A stretch of DNA of 64,000 bases, taken from sequence record MK962752; one strand, 5' to 3'. Position numbers and translations under genes: made by a program. The notes beneath the pieces were generated by a model. That model did no database searches. It was not told the DNA's origin and was given only the letters and a program-made list of their open reading frames with translations. Source of the stretch: Shigella phage JK23. The first letter of the stretch is position 1. Each line of letters starts with the position of its first letter. Below are positions 54,463-63,050 of this stretch, piece by piece.

Positions 54463-55119
54463 ATGGCAGCACCTAGAATATCATTTTCGCCCTCTGATAT
54501 TCTATTTGGTGTTCTAGATCGCTTGTTCAAAGATAACGCTACCGGGAAGGTTCTTGCTTCCCGGGTAGCTGTCGTAATTCTTTTATTTATGATGGCGATT
54601 GTTTGGTATAGGGGAGATAGTTTCTTTGAGTACTATAAGCAATCAAAGTATGAAACATACAGTGAAATTATTGAAAAGGAAAGAAATGCACGCTTTGAAT
54701 CTGTCGCCCTGGAACAACTCCAGATAGTTCATATATCATCTGAGGCAGACTTTAGTGCGGTGTATTCTTTCCGCCCTAAAAACTTAAACTATTTTGTTGA
54801 TATTATAGCATATGAAGGAAGATTACCTTCAACAATAACTGAAAAATCACTTGGAGGATATCCTGTTGATAAAACTATGGATGAATATACAGTTCATTTA
54901 AATGGACGTCATTATTATTCCGACTCAAAATTTGCTTTTTTACCAACTAAAAAGCCTACTCCCGAAATAAACTACATGTACAGTTGTCCATATTTTAATT
55001 TGGATAATATCTATGCTGGAACAATAACCATGTACTGGTATAGAAATGATCATATAAGTAATGACCGCCTTGAATCAATATGTGCTCAGGCGGCCAGAAT
55101 ATTAGGAAGGGCTAAATAA
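54463..55119 (+). CDS. t: holin T
   Basis: 218 aa; single N-terminal transmembrane segment and large periplasmic domain. Confidence 0.9.
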   Translation: MAAPRISFSPSDILFGVLDRLFKDNATGKVLASRVAVVILLFMMAIVWYRGDSFFEYYKQSKYETYSEIIEKERNARFESVALEQLQIVHISSEADFSAVYSFRPKNLNYFVDIIAYEGRLPSTITEKSLGGYPVDKTMDEYTVHLNGRHYYSDSKFAFLPTKKPTPEINYMYSCPYFNLDNIYAGTITMYWYRNDHISNDRLESICAQAARILGRAK

Positions 55120-55392
55120 TTATTTGTTTGTATACATCTCTAGATATCGATATACACCCTCAAAACCCTCGTTGAATTCGTCGATGAGGGTTTTCTTATC
55201 TTCTTGGGTTAATTCAGAAACAATTTTACGAAATGAATTCTGATTTAACTTTCTACCTTCATGCGTTACTCCAATCTCATTCAGAAATGCAATAAAATTA
55301 GCACGATTCTCAACAATATCTTCTCTGGAAAATTTAATCAAAATAGATGCAACAGTAATAATTTCACGAACTGTATCAATGTTTTTATTCAT
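55120..55392 (-). CDS. asiA: anti-sigma-70 factor AsiA
   Basis: 90 aa; N-terminus MNKNIDTVREIITVASILIKF as in T4 AsiA. Confidence 0.92.
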   Translation of the reverse strand: MNKNIDTVREIITVASILIKFSREDIVENRANFIAFLNEIGVTHEGRKLNQNSFRKIVSELTQEDKKTLIDEFNEGFEGVYRYLEMYTNK

Positions 55393-55404
55393 TAACTATA
55401 CCAC

Positions 55405-55557
55405 TCAATTAGTTGACTTTGTTATAATATCATCAGACGCTTGATTTGTAAACTGGTCTGTGTTATTTTCTTCAAAAATTTTTTCTACGAATTCCTTGAA
55501 CGACTCGCGTTCCTGAGCTACATTATGCTCGATTACCTTTTCAAGATTATAACTCAT
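55405..55557 (-). CDS. hypothetical small acidic protein
   Basis: 50-aa ATG ORF below track threshold; start overlaps arn stop (ATGA). Confidence 0.5.
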   Translation of the reverse strand: MSYNLEKVIEHNVAQERESFKEFVEKIFEENNTDQFTNQASDDIITKSTN

Positions 55558-55832
55558 TCGAAATAATCTTCAATTTCGTAATCATGGACATAAATCATTA
55601 TAGTTTTTAATACATCATCAATGCTTTTTCCTGGGGCTGGAATTACGTAGAAATATCCTGCTTTTGAGAGGTCTTTATAAGTTCCAATTAAGAAATCGTT
55701 ATTCTCAAGATGTAGTTCTTCAACTAATTCATTAATAATTGAATGGTATAAATTTGGTAGAAACTTATATAGCTTTTCTAGAATATCAATTTTGATTGTA
55801 TATTGAACCACAGACTGAGAATCAATAATCAT
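55554..55832 (-). CDS. arn: Arn anti-restriction protein (McrBC inhibitor)
   Basis: 92-aa acidic protein; position between asiA and motA. Confidence 0.75.
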   Translation of the reverse strand: MIIDSQSVVQYTIKIDILEKLYKFLPNLYHSIINELVEELHLENNDFLIGTYKDLSKAGYFYVIPAPGKSIDDVLKTIMIYVHDYEIEDYFE

Positions 55833-55915
55833 AGACCTTCCCCTTATGTTTCTGTTTGCGATTAGATTCTTTAAACGCTTTCTTCTTATCCTTATGAACA
55901 GAAGCTTTATTAAAA

Positions 55916-56134
55916 TTATGCTTTGCGACTAAATTGTTCATAGTGCTGAATTACCTCTCTCAAACATTTGCATGTGAATGAAAACTTTTTAGCTACACCA
56001 CATTCAAATATGTGTTCTCTTAAATCACGTGTATCAGTATATCCCATCTCAACAATAAAATGCCGTATTAGATTTTTATCTTTATCATTGAGAGAATTAA
56101 AATAATCAGATTTTGAATTAATTTCCCTGGCCAA
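55916..56134 (-). CDS. hypothetical Cys-containing protein (arn.1 position)
   Basis: 72-aa ORF with TTG start preceded by GAAGGTGA Shine-Dalgarno. Confidence 0.5.
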   Translation of the reverse strand: MAREINSKSDYFNSLNDKDKNLIRHFIVEMGYTDTRDLREHIFECGVAKKFSFTCKCLREVIQHYEQFSRKA

Positions 56135-56414
56135 ATTGAATCACCTTCAGTTGACGTTTTAATTCTTTTATCATTTCTTCGTTCATCGCAATATAAAGAT
56201 CGCGTAAAGCAGGTTTTAGCATTCCATTTACTGGAGAACTAAATGGACATACATAATCTTTTCCTACAAGCTTTTTGGCAAATTCCATATCACAAAATTT
56301 AAATGCCGGCTCATTCGCATAAATTCCCCAATTAGTTGACATCATTTTATTGGCATATTCCAGTGCCTGAATTTGATTCATAATTCCATCAATTTGAAAC
56401 TTTTTAATATTCAT
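56118..56414 (-). CDS. hypothetical protein (arn.2 position)
   Basis: 98-aa ATG ORF. Confidence 0.6.
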   Translation of the reverse strand: MNIKKFQIDGIMNQIQALEYANKMMSTNWGIYANEPAFKFCDMEFAKKLVGKDYVCPFSSPVNGMLKPALRDLYIAMNEEMIKELKRQLKVIQFGQGN

Positions 56415-56875
56415 TAGTAAAGGTCCTCAGAGTAAAGTTCTTTTTCACTACCACCACGTTCAATACGTACTTGTCCAGCGTAAGTTGCAATAATCATTGC
56501 TTCTTCACGTGTCCAATAATTACTATATTGGTCAATAAACCCTTGGTCATCATCACAAACTTGTTGAGTAACTAATTGAGGTTTAACTATATCTAAAACT
56601 TCGGCCATATCTTTAGAATAATGACGAGCACCTGGAATAATAAGAGTTCGTCCATCTTTTAATTTAAAACGGTTGGCTGCACAGACAATTCGTCGTTGAT
56701 ACTTTTGGTTTTTATCCCAGTACGCAGTCTGCCAACAGATTTCAGGAACTTCATCTAAAACATTTTGTTCTGTATATTCACCGCCGTAAGAAGCTAATTT
56801 AGCAGCCAGACTTTCCGGAGTCTCACGTAACAAAGCTTTATCTAACAGAGCTAAACGTTCTTTAAAAGTTTTCAT
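56414..56875 (-). CDS. hypothetical protein (arn.3 position)
   Basis: 153-aa ATG ORF. Confidence 0.65.
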   Translation of the reverse strand: MKTFKERLALLDKALLRETPESLAAKLASYGGEYTEQNVLDEVPEICWQTAYWDKNQKYQRRIVCAANRFKLKDGRTLIIPGARHYSKDMAEVLDIVKPQLVTQQVCDDDQGFIDQYSNYWTREEAMIIATYAGQVRIERGGSEKELYSEDLY

Positions 56876-57201
56876 TTAAACCATCCTTTAATACGTTGCC
56901 ACAAAGTTTTCTGTTGAGCTTTGTTAACACCAATTGAACGAATAACTGGTTGAGATTCCTGGAATTCTTTATAATCGGCAAGGTAAATTTCGTAAGCTGT
57001 ATCAGTAAATGAACTTATCGCTGCCATGAAATTATTGCGAATACCTACCGGAGCATCCTTATTTTCACGAATAATCATGTATTTACCAGTCTTAATCTTT
57101 ACAATAGTTCCAAGATAAGCTCCGTGGTACCAAATATCCCAACCCTCTTGAGTAGGTTCTGCACAACGACGAAGTTCATTAATAATTTCTAACTTGTTCA
57201 T
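56872..57201 (-). CDS. hypothetical protein (arn.4/motA.1 position)
   Basis: 109-aa ATG ORF. Confidence 0.6.
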   Translation of the reverse strand: MNKLEIINELRRCAEPTQEGWDIWYHGAYLGTIVKIKTGKYMIIRENKDAPVGIRNNFMAAISSFTDTAYEIYLADYKEFQESQPVIRSIGVNKAQQKTLWQRIKGWFK

Positions 57202-57211
57202 TATTTATTCC

Positions 57212-57847
57212 TCACAGTTCAGATGCTACAGCGATTACTGCTTCAATGTTTTCTGCTGAGCGTTTAATGTCAAGATACACATTACCGTTTTTAGCGATTT
57301 TACATGACATTCCGATATCAGTAAATTTCTGAATATGATGTTCCATCATTTTGTATCCAAAAATTCGCATATTTCCATTATTGTTAATTTCAAAATTACG
57401 AATTCCGTGAGTACGTTTTTCTAAAATAGCGAGATAGTTACTGCGGTAAGTTTCAACCTTTTTAAGAACAAATCCATTTTCATCTAAAAGTTTTAACATG
57501 AGGTCTTTATCTTCTTCCATATCAGAAGTAATCTCACGAGCTTTACGAGTTGCTCGTTTTTTCAGTAGTTCCGGAGCATTTTCCTGTGCGTATAAAGTTG
57601 CTGCGTTTGAAATAATATCCTGGGCTTCACCTGTAATGATTAATCCATCACCAGATTTCTCCACCAGGCCTTTTTTAATCAATACCCCAATATTACTATT
57701 AACTACTGCGTTACCTAAATCTGGATGCACCTCACGAACTTCTGCAGCTGTAATGAAATCTTTCTTAGCAATAGTAATTAAAATCGCAGCAGTTTTTTCA
57801 TTCAGAACATCGTTAGAAGCTTTGATGATGTAAGTTACTTTAGACAT
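57212..57847 (-). CDS. motA: MotA activator of middle transcription
   Basis: 211 aa; matches T4 MotA size and sequence. Confidence 0.92.
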   Translation of the reverse strand: MSKVTYIIKASNDVLNEKTAAILITIAKKDFITAAEVREVHPDLGNAVVNSNIGVLIKKGLVEKSGDGLIITGEAQDIISNAATLYAQENAPELLKKRATRKAREITSDMEEDKDLMLKLLDENGFVLKKVETYRSNYLAILEKRTHGIRNFEINNNGNMRIFGYKMMEHHIQKFTDIGMSCKIAKNGNVYLDIKRSAENIEAVIAVASEL

Positions 57848-57888
57848 TTTCTAATCTCCGTAATTCTGTATCAGTAGTTGATAGTTGT

Positions 57889-57918
57889 ATAGTACCACAG
57901 TATGCTTTGGTTGTAAAC
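57889..57918 (-). promoter_or_regulatory. T4-type early promoter for motA
   Basis: Minus strand GTTTAC, 18 nt, TACTAT, with A/T-rich UP element upstream. Confidence 0.65.
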
Positions 57919-57937
57919 CGTTTTGTGAAAAAATTTT

Positions 57938-57969
57938 TAAAATAAAAAAGGGAGAGCCTCGGCTCTCCC
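57938..57969 (-). terminator. rho-independent terminator upstream of motA promoter
   Basis: gggagagcc-tc-ggctctccc hairpin followed on minus strand by a T-run. Confidence 0.75.
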
Positions 57970-57974
57970 TAAAA

Positions 57975-58124
57975 TTACTGCATGACTGTGATAACTGTCA
58001 TGATAACACGTTGAATTCCGAACGCAAGAAGACCTCCTGCTACGGCTGGAACAACGCCTAAACCCGCCAGTAAAATGCTACCAGATACTAATGCAGCGCT
58101 TGTAATACCTATGAATGGACTCAT
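57975..58124 (-). CDS. small hydrophobic membrane peptide, 49 aa
   Basis: ATG overlapping gene 52 stop (ATGA); almost entirely hydrophobic; below track threshold. Confidence 0.5.
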   Translation of the reverse strand: MSPFIGITSAALVSGSILLAGLGVVPAVAGGLLAFGIQRVIMTVITVMQ

Positions 58125-59449
58125 TTGATTTCCTCTAAATCTTTGGTGTATTCTGTAACTACATCAGTAGTTTTCCAATATTCGTTTTCTTCTTTTTTAG
58201 CTTTAGCTTCTTCAGCAAGTTTCTTCGCTTCATCGGAAGTCATATGAAAAATATTCATTCCAACTAGTTTATCAACATAAGAAGAATACATATCGATTTT
58301 CGAAAGTTCTTCGGTCAGTTCTTTACGAGTTTTACCCTGTACAACAATTTCACCTGAAATTACTTTCTTAATGAAATGTGCCTTGGCAAAGGCTAAACGA
58401 AAAGCGGACTCAGTTTCTTTGATTTTGTTATCAATTCGTTTTTGGACATAAGTTTTACGAACTTCAACGAAGTCTTTGATTAAATCAACTACATTATCGT
58501 AAACTTGCAGCTTTCCTTTCTCATTAATGACGGTAATATTCTGAGAACGACGCTCAATCAACCCGAAGTCTTTCATAATTTTTGCATGGCGTTCTTCTTC
58601 ATTATCGCTCAAAGAGTATTCTTTTCGGAATTTAACTTTGAAGCCAAAGCCATGCTCACCACAAGCATCATCCCATGTAATGAAGCCTTTATCTTCAAGC
58701 GGGTCTAAGATTTTACTCACATAAGTTTCACGATCATACTTATATGGAATCTCAGTGATATGCATTTGAGTTCGTGAAGTAAACTTATATGTTCCACGAA
58801 TTTCATATTGCCCATCAATTTCAACGACTTCACCACGAAATTCTGGGAATTCTACCTTCGGTTTAGTTACTTTCTTTCCTTGAAGAGCTTGCAGTACAGC
58901 TTTCTTGACAGAAGAAACACTATGAGGAAGAATGTAAGTTGCATAACCAGTTGCAATACCGGAAACGCCATTAAGAAGAACAGTAGGAATAATAGGCAAA
59001 TAGAAAGCAGGCGGAATGTGTTCTTTATCTTGATGTACTGGAGCATATTCAGTATCTTTATATACGTTATAGAAATTTTTACTTACACGAGCAAAAATAT
59101 AACGACTTGCTGCTGCCTTTTGGACAGTACGAGAACCAAAGTTTCCTTGACCGTCTAACAGAGGAAAGTTATTATTCCAAGTGTTAGCCATCAAAGCACC
59201 TGCGTCTTGCGCAGAGTTTTCACCATGATGATATCCAAGGTCCGCTACACCACCTGCAATAGAAGCAAGTTTGTGAAACTTATCTTTATTTCCTCGCGCC
59301 AAATCAAGAGCTCGAGCAATAACAAATCGTTGAACTGGCTTAAATCCATCAATCATATTTGGGATAGCACGATTTTCAACCGTGTACATAGCATAAGCCA
59401 ATGCTTCATTATCAATGATACTTTTTAAATCGCGATTATTCAGTTGCAT
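58121..59449 (-). CDS. 52: DNA topoisomerase II medium subunit gp52
   Basis: 442 aa; GyrA-like breakage-reunion domain. Confidence 0.92.
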   Translation of the reverse strand: MQLNNRDLKSIIDNEALAYAMYTVENRAIPNMIDGFKPVQRFVIARALDLARGNKDKFHKLASIAGGVADLGYHHGENSAQDAGALMANTWNNNFPLLDGQGNFGSRTVQKAAASRYIFARVSKNFYNVYKDTEYAPVHQDKEHIPPAFYLPIIPTVLLNGVSGIATGYATYILPHSVSSVKKAVLQALQGKKVTKPKVEFPEFRGEVVEIDGQYEIRGTYKFTSRTQMHITEIPYKYDRETYVSKILDPLEDKGFITWDDACGEHGFGFKVKFRKEYSLSDNEEERHAKIMKDFGLIERRSQNITVINEKGKLQVYDNVVDLIKDFVEVRKTYVQKRIDNKIKETESAFRLAFAKAHFIKKVISGEIVVQGKTRKELTEELSKIDMYSSYVDKLVGMNIFHMTSDEAKKLAEEAKAKKEENEYWKTTDVVTEYTKDLEEIK

Positions 59450-59453
59450 AAAT

Positions 59454-59594
59454 TTACCATACTAGTGAATGTAGTGCCATAATAACATCAGAAATGAAAA
59501 GCACGACTTGAATTAATCCGAACATTACTCCGTAATATAGTGCTACCAATAAAGCAGCAAGGGCTAATGAATAGCCCAAGATTTTCTTAATCAT
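59454..59594 (-). CDS. small hydrophobic membrane peptide, 46 aa
   Basis: ATG ORF MIKKILGYSLALAALLVALYYG...; below track threshold. Confidence 0.5.
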   Translation of the reverse strand: MIKKILGYSLALAALLVALYYGVMFGLIQVVLFISDVIMALHSLVW

Positions 59595-59742
59595 TAGATA
59601 ACAACACAAATGTTAAATATGCACACATACCCTGGGCTAAAGCCTGTGAAAACACACTACTGACATCGATACAGATAGTTAAAATACATGCTACTATCCA
59701 ACAAATAAATGAAATAATTCCAATAATTTTTGCAGTATTCAT
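59587..59742 (-). CDS. small membrane protein, 51 aa (possible Ac homologue)
   Basis: ATG with GAGGAG Shine-Dalgarno; 51 codons, the size of T4 ac in the same neighbourhood; identity not verified. Confidence 0.5.
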   Translation of the reverse strand: MNTAKIIGIISFICWIVACILTICIDVSSVFSQALAQGMCAYLTFVLLSND

Positions 59743-59752
59743 AGTATTCTCC

Positions 59753-59839
59753 TCAACTATTTTTAAAACCTAAAATACCGAAGTTTTTAAGATTGTTACG
59801 ATAGAACTGCATCACATGTTCGTTATGGAAATTACTCAT
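59753..59839 (-). CDS. stp: Stp peptide (activator of host PrrC anticodon nuclease)
   Basis: 28-aa [21 protein letters not shown]...; N-terminal 18 residues match remembered T4 Stp. Confidence 0.7.
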   Translation of the reverse strand: MSNFHNEHVMQFYRNNLKNFGILGFKNS

Positions 59840-60005
59840 ATATACCACACATTTTGCATAAACGTTCAAAACAGATATATCCACCACCAAAACACATCAC
59901 TATAGCAACTTTATCATTAAATGGAGCACCAAAGGCCATAAAGGCTCCAACCATTGTGAATAAAACTAAAACAAATATATAACCCGTTACGAGTAGACGT
60001 TTCAT
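59832..60005 (-). CDS. small hydrophobic membrane protein, 57 aa
   Basis: ATG overlapping ndd stop; stop overlaps stp start; hydrophobic with Cys cluster. Confidence 0.5.
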   Translation of the reverse strand: MKRLLVTGYIFVLVLFTMVGAFMAFGAPFNDKVAIVMCFGGGYICFERLCKMCGIYE

Positions 60006-60460
60006 TAGTAAGCCTGCAGGATGAATTTAAAGTTATCAGCCAAGATACGGTTCATTTCTTCAAGTGTTTGATACTCAGAATGATGGTTACGAGTAAACGC
60101 CAAAGCTAACTGACCTTTTCCAAATCCTGTCGTCAGAGGTTTCATCTTAGAAGCAGGAAGATAAAATACTGTGTATGGAACATTGTTATTTGCAATAGTA
60201 CGTGCAAGCTGAGACCGACGTTGACGAATATGACTTAGAACTGCACTGAATCCTTGCTTAGAACGCTGATTACCTACATAAAATCGTGCAGATACGCATG
60301 GACTACTAAATGGACCACCGAGTTTACTCACTAAAAAGTAAAATCCAGGTTTAGACAAAATGTCTTTGTGCGGAGTTCCCAAAAACCACTCACCACCCTT
60401 GATTGTACCAATAACAGTAGCGCCTGCATTATTCAGATCAGTAACAGTCATATATTTCAT
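60005..60460 (-). CDS. ndd: Ndd nucleoid disruption protein
   Basis: Track start is upstream non-ATG; ATG at 60460 with GAGGA Shine-Dalgarno gives 151 aa starting [16 protein letters not shown]. Confidence 0.88.
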   Translation of the reverse strand: MKYMTVTDLNNAGATVIGTIKGGEWFLGTPHKDILSKPGFYFLVSKLGGPFSSPCVSARFYVGNQRSKQGFSAVLSHIRQRRSQLARTIANNNVPYTVFYLPASKMKPLTTGFGKGQLALAFTRNHHSEYQTLEEMNRILADNFKFILQAY

Positions 60461-60520
60461 ATTAATTTCCTCTAAATTATTTTCTACTCCAAGGCCGTAT
60501 GAATACACACGGCCGATAAA

Positions 60521-60736
60521 TTAATCGTCGCAGTCGACGCTCAATTCCCAGAATTCTTCTACGGTATAAGTTTCAGTATCATTTTCAATACAGAAACGTT
60601 CATTACTATTATTTTCTAAAGTAGCGTTAACTGTCATTTTCTCGCTGGTGCTCTTAAGAGGTGAAATACGAATTAACTGATCACCGTTATCTAAACAAAA
60701 AATTTCACCAACTTTTACATCTTTAAAACTTTTCAT
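60521..60736 (-). CDS. hypothetical protein
   Basis: 71-aa ATG ORF. Confidence 0.55.
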   Translation of the reverse strand: MKSFKDVKVGEIFCLDNGDQLIRISPLKSTSEKMTVNATLENNSNERFCIENDTETYTVEEFWELSVDCDD

Positions 60737-60851
60737 AATTCACCTCAAGGAGTATAAAATCCAAATGCAGTTGTTGACCATCCCATCCAATATGGGAAAT
60801 TTGCACCAATGTAAAACATAAGAATATAAAATCAACCGCTCAGCAAATTCA

Positions 60852-61049
60852 TCATTTTACACCATTCCAAATTATTTCAACCACGGATTTTAAACCGTTT
60901 TGATGAATATCCATTCCGACTACCGTCATCAAATAAATTCCAACTACAACTGAACCTAAGGCAAAAATCAGCATGAAAATGAATAAAGCCGGAAAAATAT
61001 TATCGAAAAACCATTCAATAAATGTAAAAGCACTGCGTTTACGCTTCAT
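60852..61049 (-). CDS. small membrane protein, 65 aa
   Basis: Track start is TTG; ATG at 61049 with GAGGAAAAT Shine-Dalgarno; hydrophobic core. Confidence 0.5.
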   Translation of the reverse strand: MKRKRSAFTFIEWFFDNIFPALFIFMLIFALGSVVVGIYLMTVVGMDIHQNGLKSVVEIIWNGVK

Positions 61050-61056
61050 ATTTTCC

Positions 61057-61170
61057 TCACATAAATCCAAAGTAAGCGTTTAATACATCAATCATTAAAA
61101 CGATTGGGAATATACTCAAAACTACTAGTATTATAACTACATTCCATATAGCTTTAACAATCTTTTTCAT
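61057..61170 (-). CDS. small membrane peptide, 37 aa
   Basis: ATG with GGAGG Shine-Dalgarno downstream of an early promoter; track ORF extends upstream through the promoter. Confidence 0.45.
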   Translation of the reverse strand: MKKIVKAIWNVVIILVVLSIFPIVLMIDVLNAYFGFM

Positions 61171-61235
61171 TTTCTGTTCCTCCGTAGTTGATAGAGTAAT
61201 AATACCACAGAGGAACAGTCTTGTAAACAACTTTT

Positions 61236-61334
61236 TTAAAAATATTCGTAATAAATGTGAATACCAACTACTACCGCTGAAACCTGTGCAACCCACCACG
61301 CACAAGCAATAAGTACAGAATTCAAAATTTTCAT
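61236..61334 (-). CDS. small hydrophobic peptide, 32 aa
   Basis: ATG with GAGG Shine-Dalgarno; hydrophobic with WW; below track threshold. Confidence 0.4.
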   Translation of the reverse strand: MKILNSVLIACAWWVAQVSAVVVGIHIYYEYF

Positions 61335-61413
61335 AATAACCTCATTACAAAAGTAAATGTTAAACAAATTACTGGAATACTAATTAACCAAACAAAACAC
61401 CACCATAATGAAC

Positions 61414-61677
61414 TCATAGTTCAATCTCAGCGATTTTCATTTCATTACTATTAATAGCCGCTTTAAGACTATCTGAAAGAATTACATTCCAATGGTCATT
61501 CATATGACCATTAACTAAACGTGTAATTTCTTCAGGAGTTGAAAAATAAGGCTGATCGGACTCCCAATGCGATAATCCTAAGCGAGTATAAATCATGCCT
61601 TCATCATCGCTAGAATATTCAACTGACACAAACTCATCAGTTATTTTATGCTTAGCATAATAAAATTTAAATTTCAT
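61414..61677 (-). CDS. hypothetical protein
   Basis: Track start is TTG; first ATG at 61677 gives 87 aa. Confidence 0.55.
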   Translation of the reverse strand: MKFKFYYAKHKITDEFVSVEYSSDDEGMIYTRLGLSHWESDQPYFSTPEEITRLVNGHMNDHWNVILSDSLKAAINSNEMKIAEIEL

Positions 61678-61682
61678 TTTAC

Positions 61683-61889
61683 TCAATAATCCGCTAAAAG
61701 ATCAACGATTGCATCACGAAGACACTTATTCGCAATACGTTTAAGAGCAATTTCAGTTTCTGGAGCATTTTGAATAATCATCGAATTCAACTCAGCCTCA
61801 GCAAATTGAAGTTCTTTAACTAGTTCAGCTTTATATTTCCCTTGCCCTTTCTTAGCTTTTGCTCGTTTTAATTCAGCTGTAGTAAACAT
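61683..61889 (-). CDS. hypothetical protein, 68 aa
   Basis: ATG at 61889 with GGAGAATAAA Shine-Dalgarno just downstream of an early promoter; track ORF extends through the promoter. Confidence 0.55.
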   Translation of the reverse strand: MFTTAELKRAKAKKGQGKYKAELVKELQFAEAELNSMIIQNAPETEIALKRIANKCLRDAIVDLLADY

Positions 61890-61923
61890 TTTATTCTCCA
61901 AATCCATATCAGTTGATAGTTGT

Positions 61924-61953
61924 ATAGTACCACGGTCCCTGTGGTATGTAAAC
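61924..61953 (-). promoter_or_regulatory. T4-type early promoter
   Basis: Minus strand GTTTAC, 18 nt, TACTAT with A/T-rich UP element. Confidence 0.6.
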
Positions 61954-61969
61954 TGTTTTGTGAAATTTT

Positions 61970-62527
61970 TTAAATGGAAAGATACCATCCATTGTAGTTG
62001 CTTTTTCTTACAACCTTACGAAGGTCTTCTCTGTCACCGATGAACTTCGGAGTGTACTGGATAACACCTGGATGAATTTCTTTAGTGTTGAATATAATTA
62101 TACAGTCAGCGACTTGATGATTTAGAATGGGCCCTAGATTTATTCCAGAACCGTATGGATACTCTCCGCTGCATCCTGTTGTTACAGAAATCCAACGTGA
62201 GCCAGTTTGATGTGTCTTAACTTCTACACGAAGCCCACAGTATTTTGGATGTGCTAAAACATCCCACGCGTATGTATATGGATCATCGACATCTTCTTGA
62301 CCTTTATTAACATACCCGCTTAGCCAATCTGCTACAAAAAACTCTGCGTATACAGCAATACGACATCTTTCAATAACTTCTGCTTTATCCTGGTTCGGGT
62401 TTTGTTTTAAAGAGTATCTTGCAGTATCAGCAATTTTGACCTTCATTTCACTAGTCAAGTCACTGTTCGATAGGGTAAATGTCGGAATCTGAAATAGTCT
62501 CTGTAAACCCGGATTCGTTTTCTGCAT
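61970..62527 (-). CDS. denB: endonuclease IV
   Basis: 185 aa, the size I recall for T4 DenB; ATG with AAGGAAAG Shine-Dalgarno; position between rIIB and ndd. Confidence 0.7.
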   Translation of the reverse strand: MQKTNPGLQRLFQIPTFTLSNSDLTSEMKVKIADTARYSLKQNPNQDKAEVIERCRIAVYAEFFVADWLSGYVNKGQEDVDDPYTYAWDVLAHPKYCGLRVEVKTHQTGSRWISVTTGCSGEYPYGSGINLGPILNHQVADCIIIFNTKEIHPGVIQYTPKFIGDREDLRKVVRKSNYNGWYLSI

Positions 62528-62789
62528 TTAGACTTTCCTTTTTACCACTGAGATAAGCGTTATATACTTTAAGAGTGCCGTAATAAATTCGGTCATTTTC
62601 ATCTAAAGACTCGCGGTCAAGTTCATCGAGCTCCTTTTTATCCATGACTATAACATCATTACAGTAAAGAAACCCAAGTTTTTCGTGACCAAACTCAAAT
62701 TTATTACAGTACACAATATTAGCGTGATGATTTCCGTGCAGTTTAATCTCTTTTATGTCGGAATCACCGATATTCATACAATAAATCAT
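62460..62789 (-). CDS. hypothetical protein (overlaps denB 5' end by 68 nt)
   Basis: 109-aa ATG ORF in a different frame from denB. Confidence 0.5.
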   Translation of the reverse strand: MIYCMNIGDSDIKEIKLHGNHHANIVYCNKFEFGHEKLGFLYCNDVIVMDKKELDELDRESLDENDRIYYGTLKVYNAYLSGKKESLNAENESGFTETISDSDIYPIEQ

Positions 62790-62827
62790 AATTTTTCCTT
62801 AAAACAAAAGGGCCGAAGCCCTTTATT

Positions 62828-63022
62828 TTACTTGAATTGTGCAATTCTTTTCTCTAGACATTCAGCATAAGATTTCATTGAGATGAACTGTGAAAGCAGC
62901 AGTTCTTGCTCAACTGCACTAACCGTTAGAAACTTCGTGCTTTCTAAAAATTTGCTCAGTGCATTAATTTTGAGCATTAATTGATCGTATTCTTCTTTTA
63001 CTCGTGCTTGATAACCTAACAT
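62828..63022 (-). CDS. hypothetical small protein
   Basis: 64-aa ATG ORF flanked by two aagggc-cgaa-gccctt hairpins. Confidence 0.55.
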   Translation of the reverse strand: MLGYQARVKEEYDQLMLKINALSKFLESTKFLTVSAVEQELLLSQFISMKSYAECLEKRIAQFK

Positions 63023-63050
63023 AATTTCCCTTAGTTAAGGGCCGAAGCCC

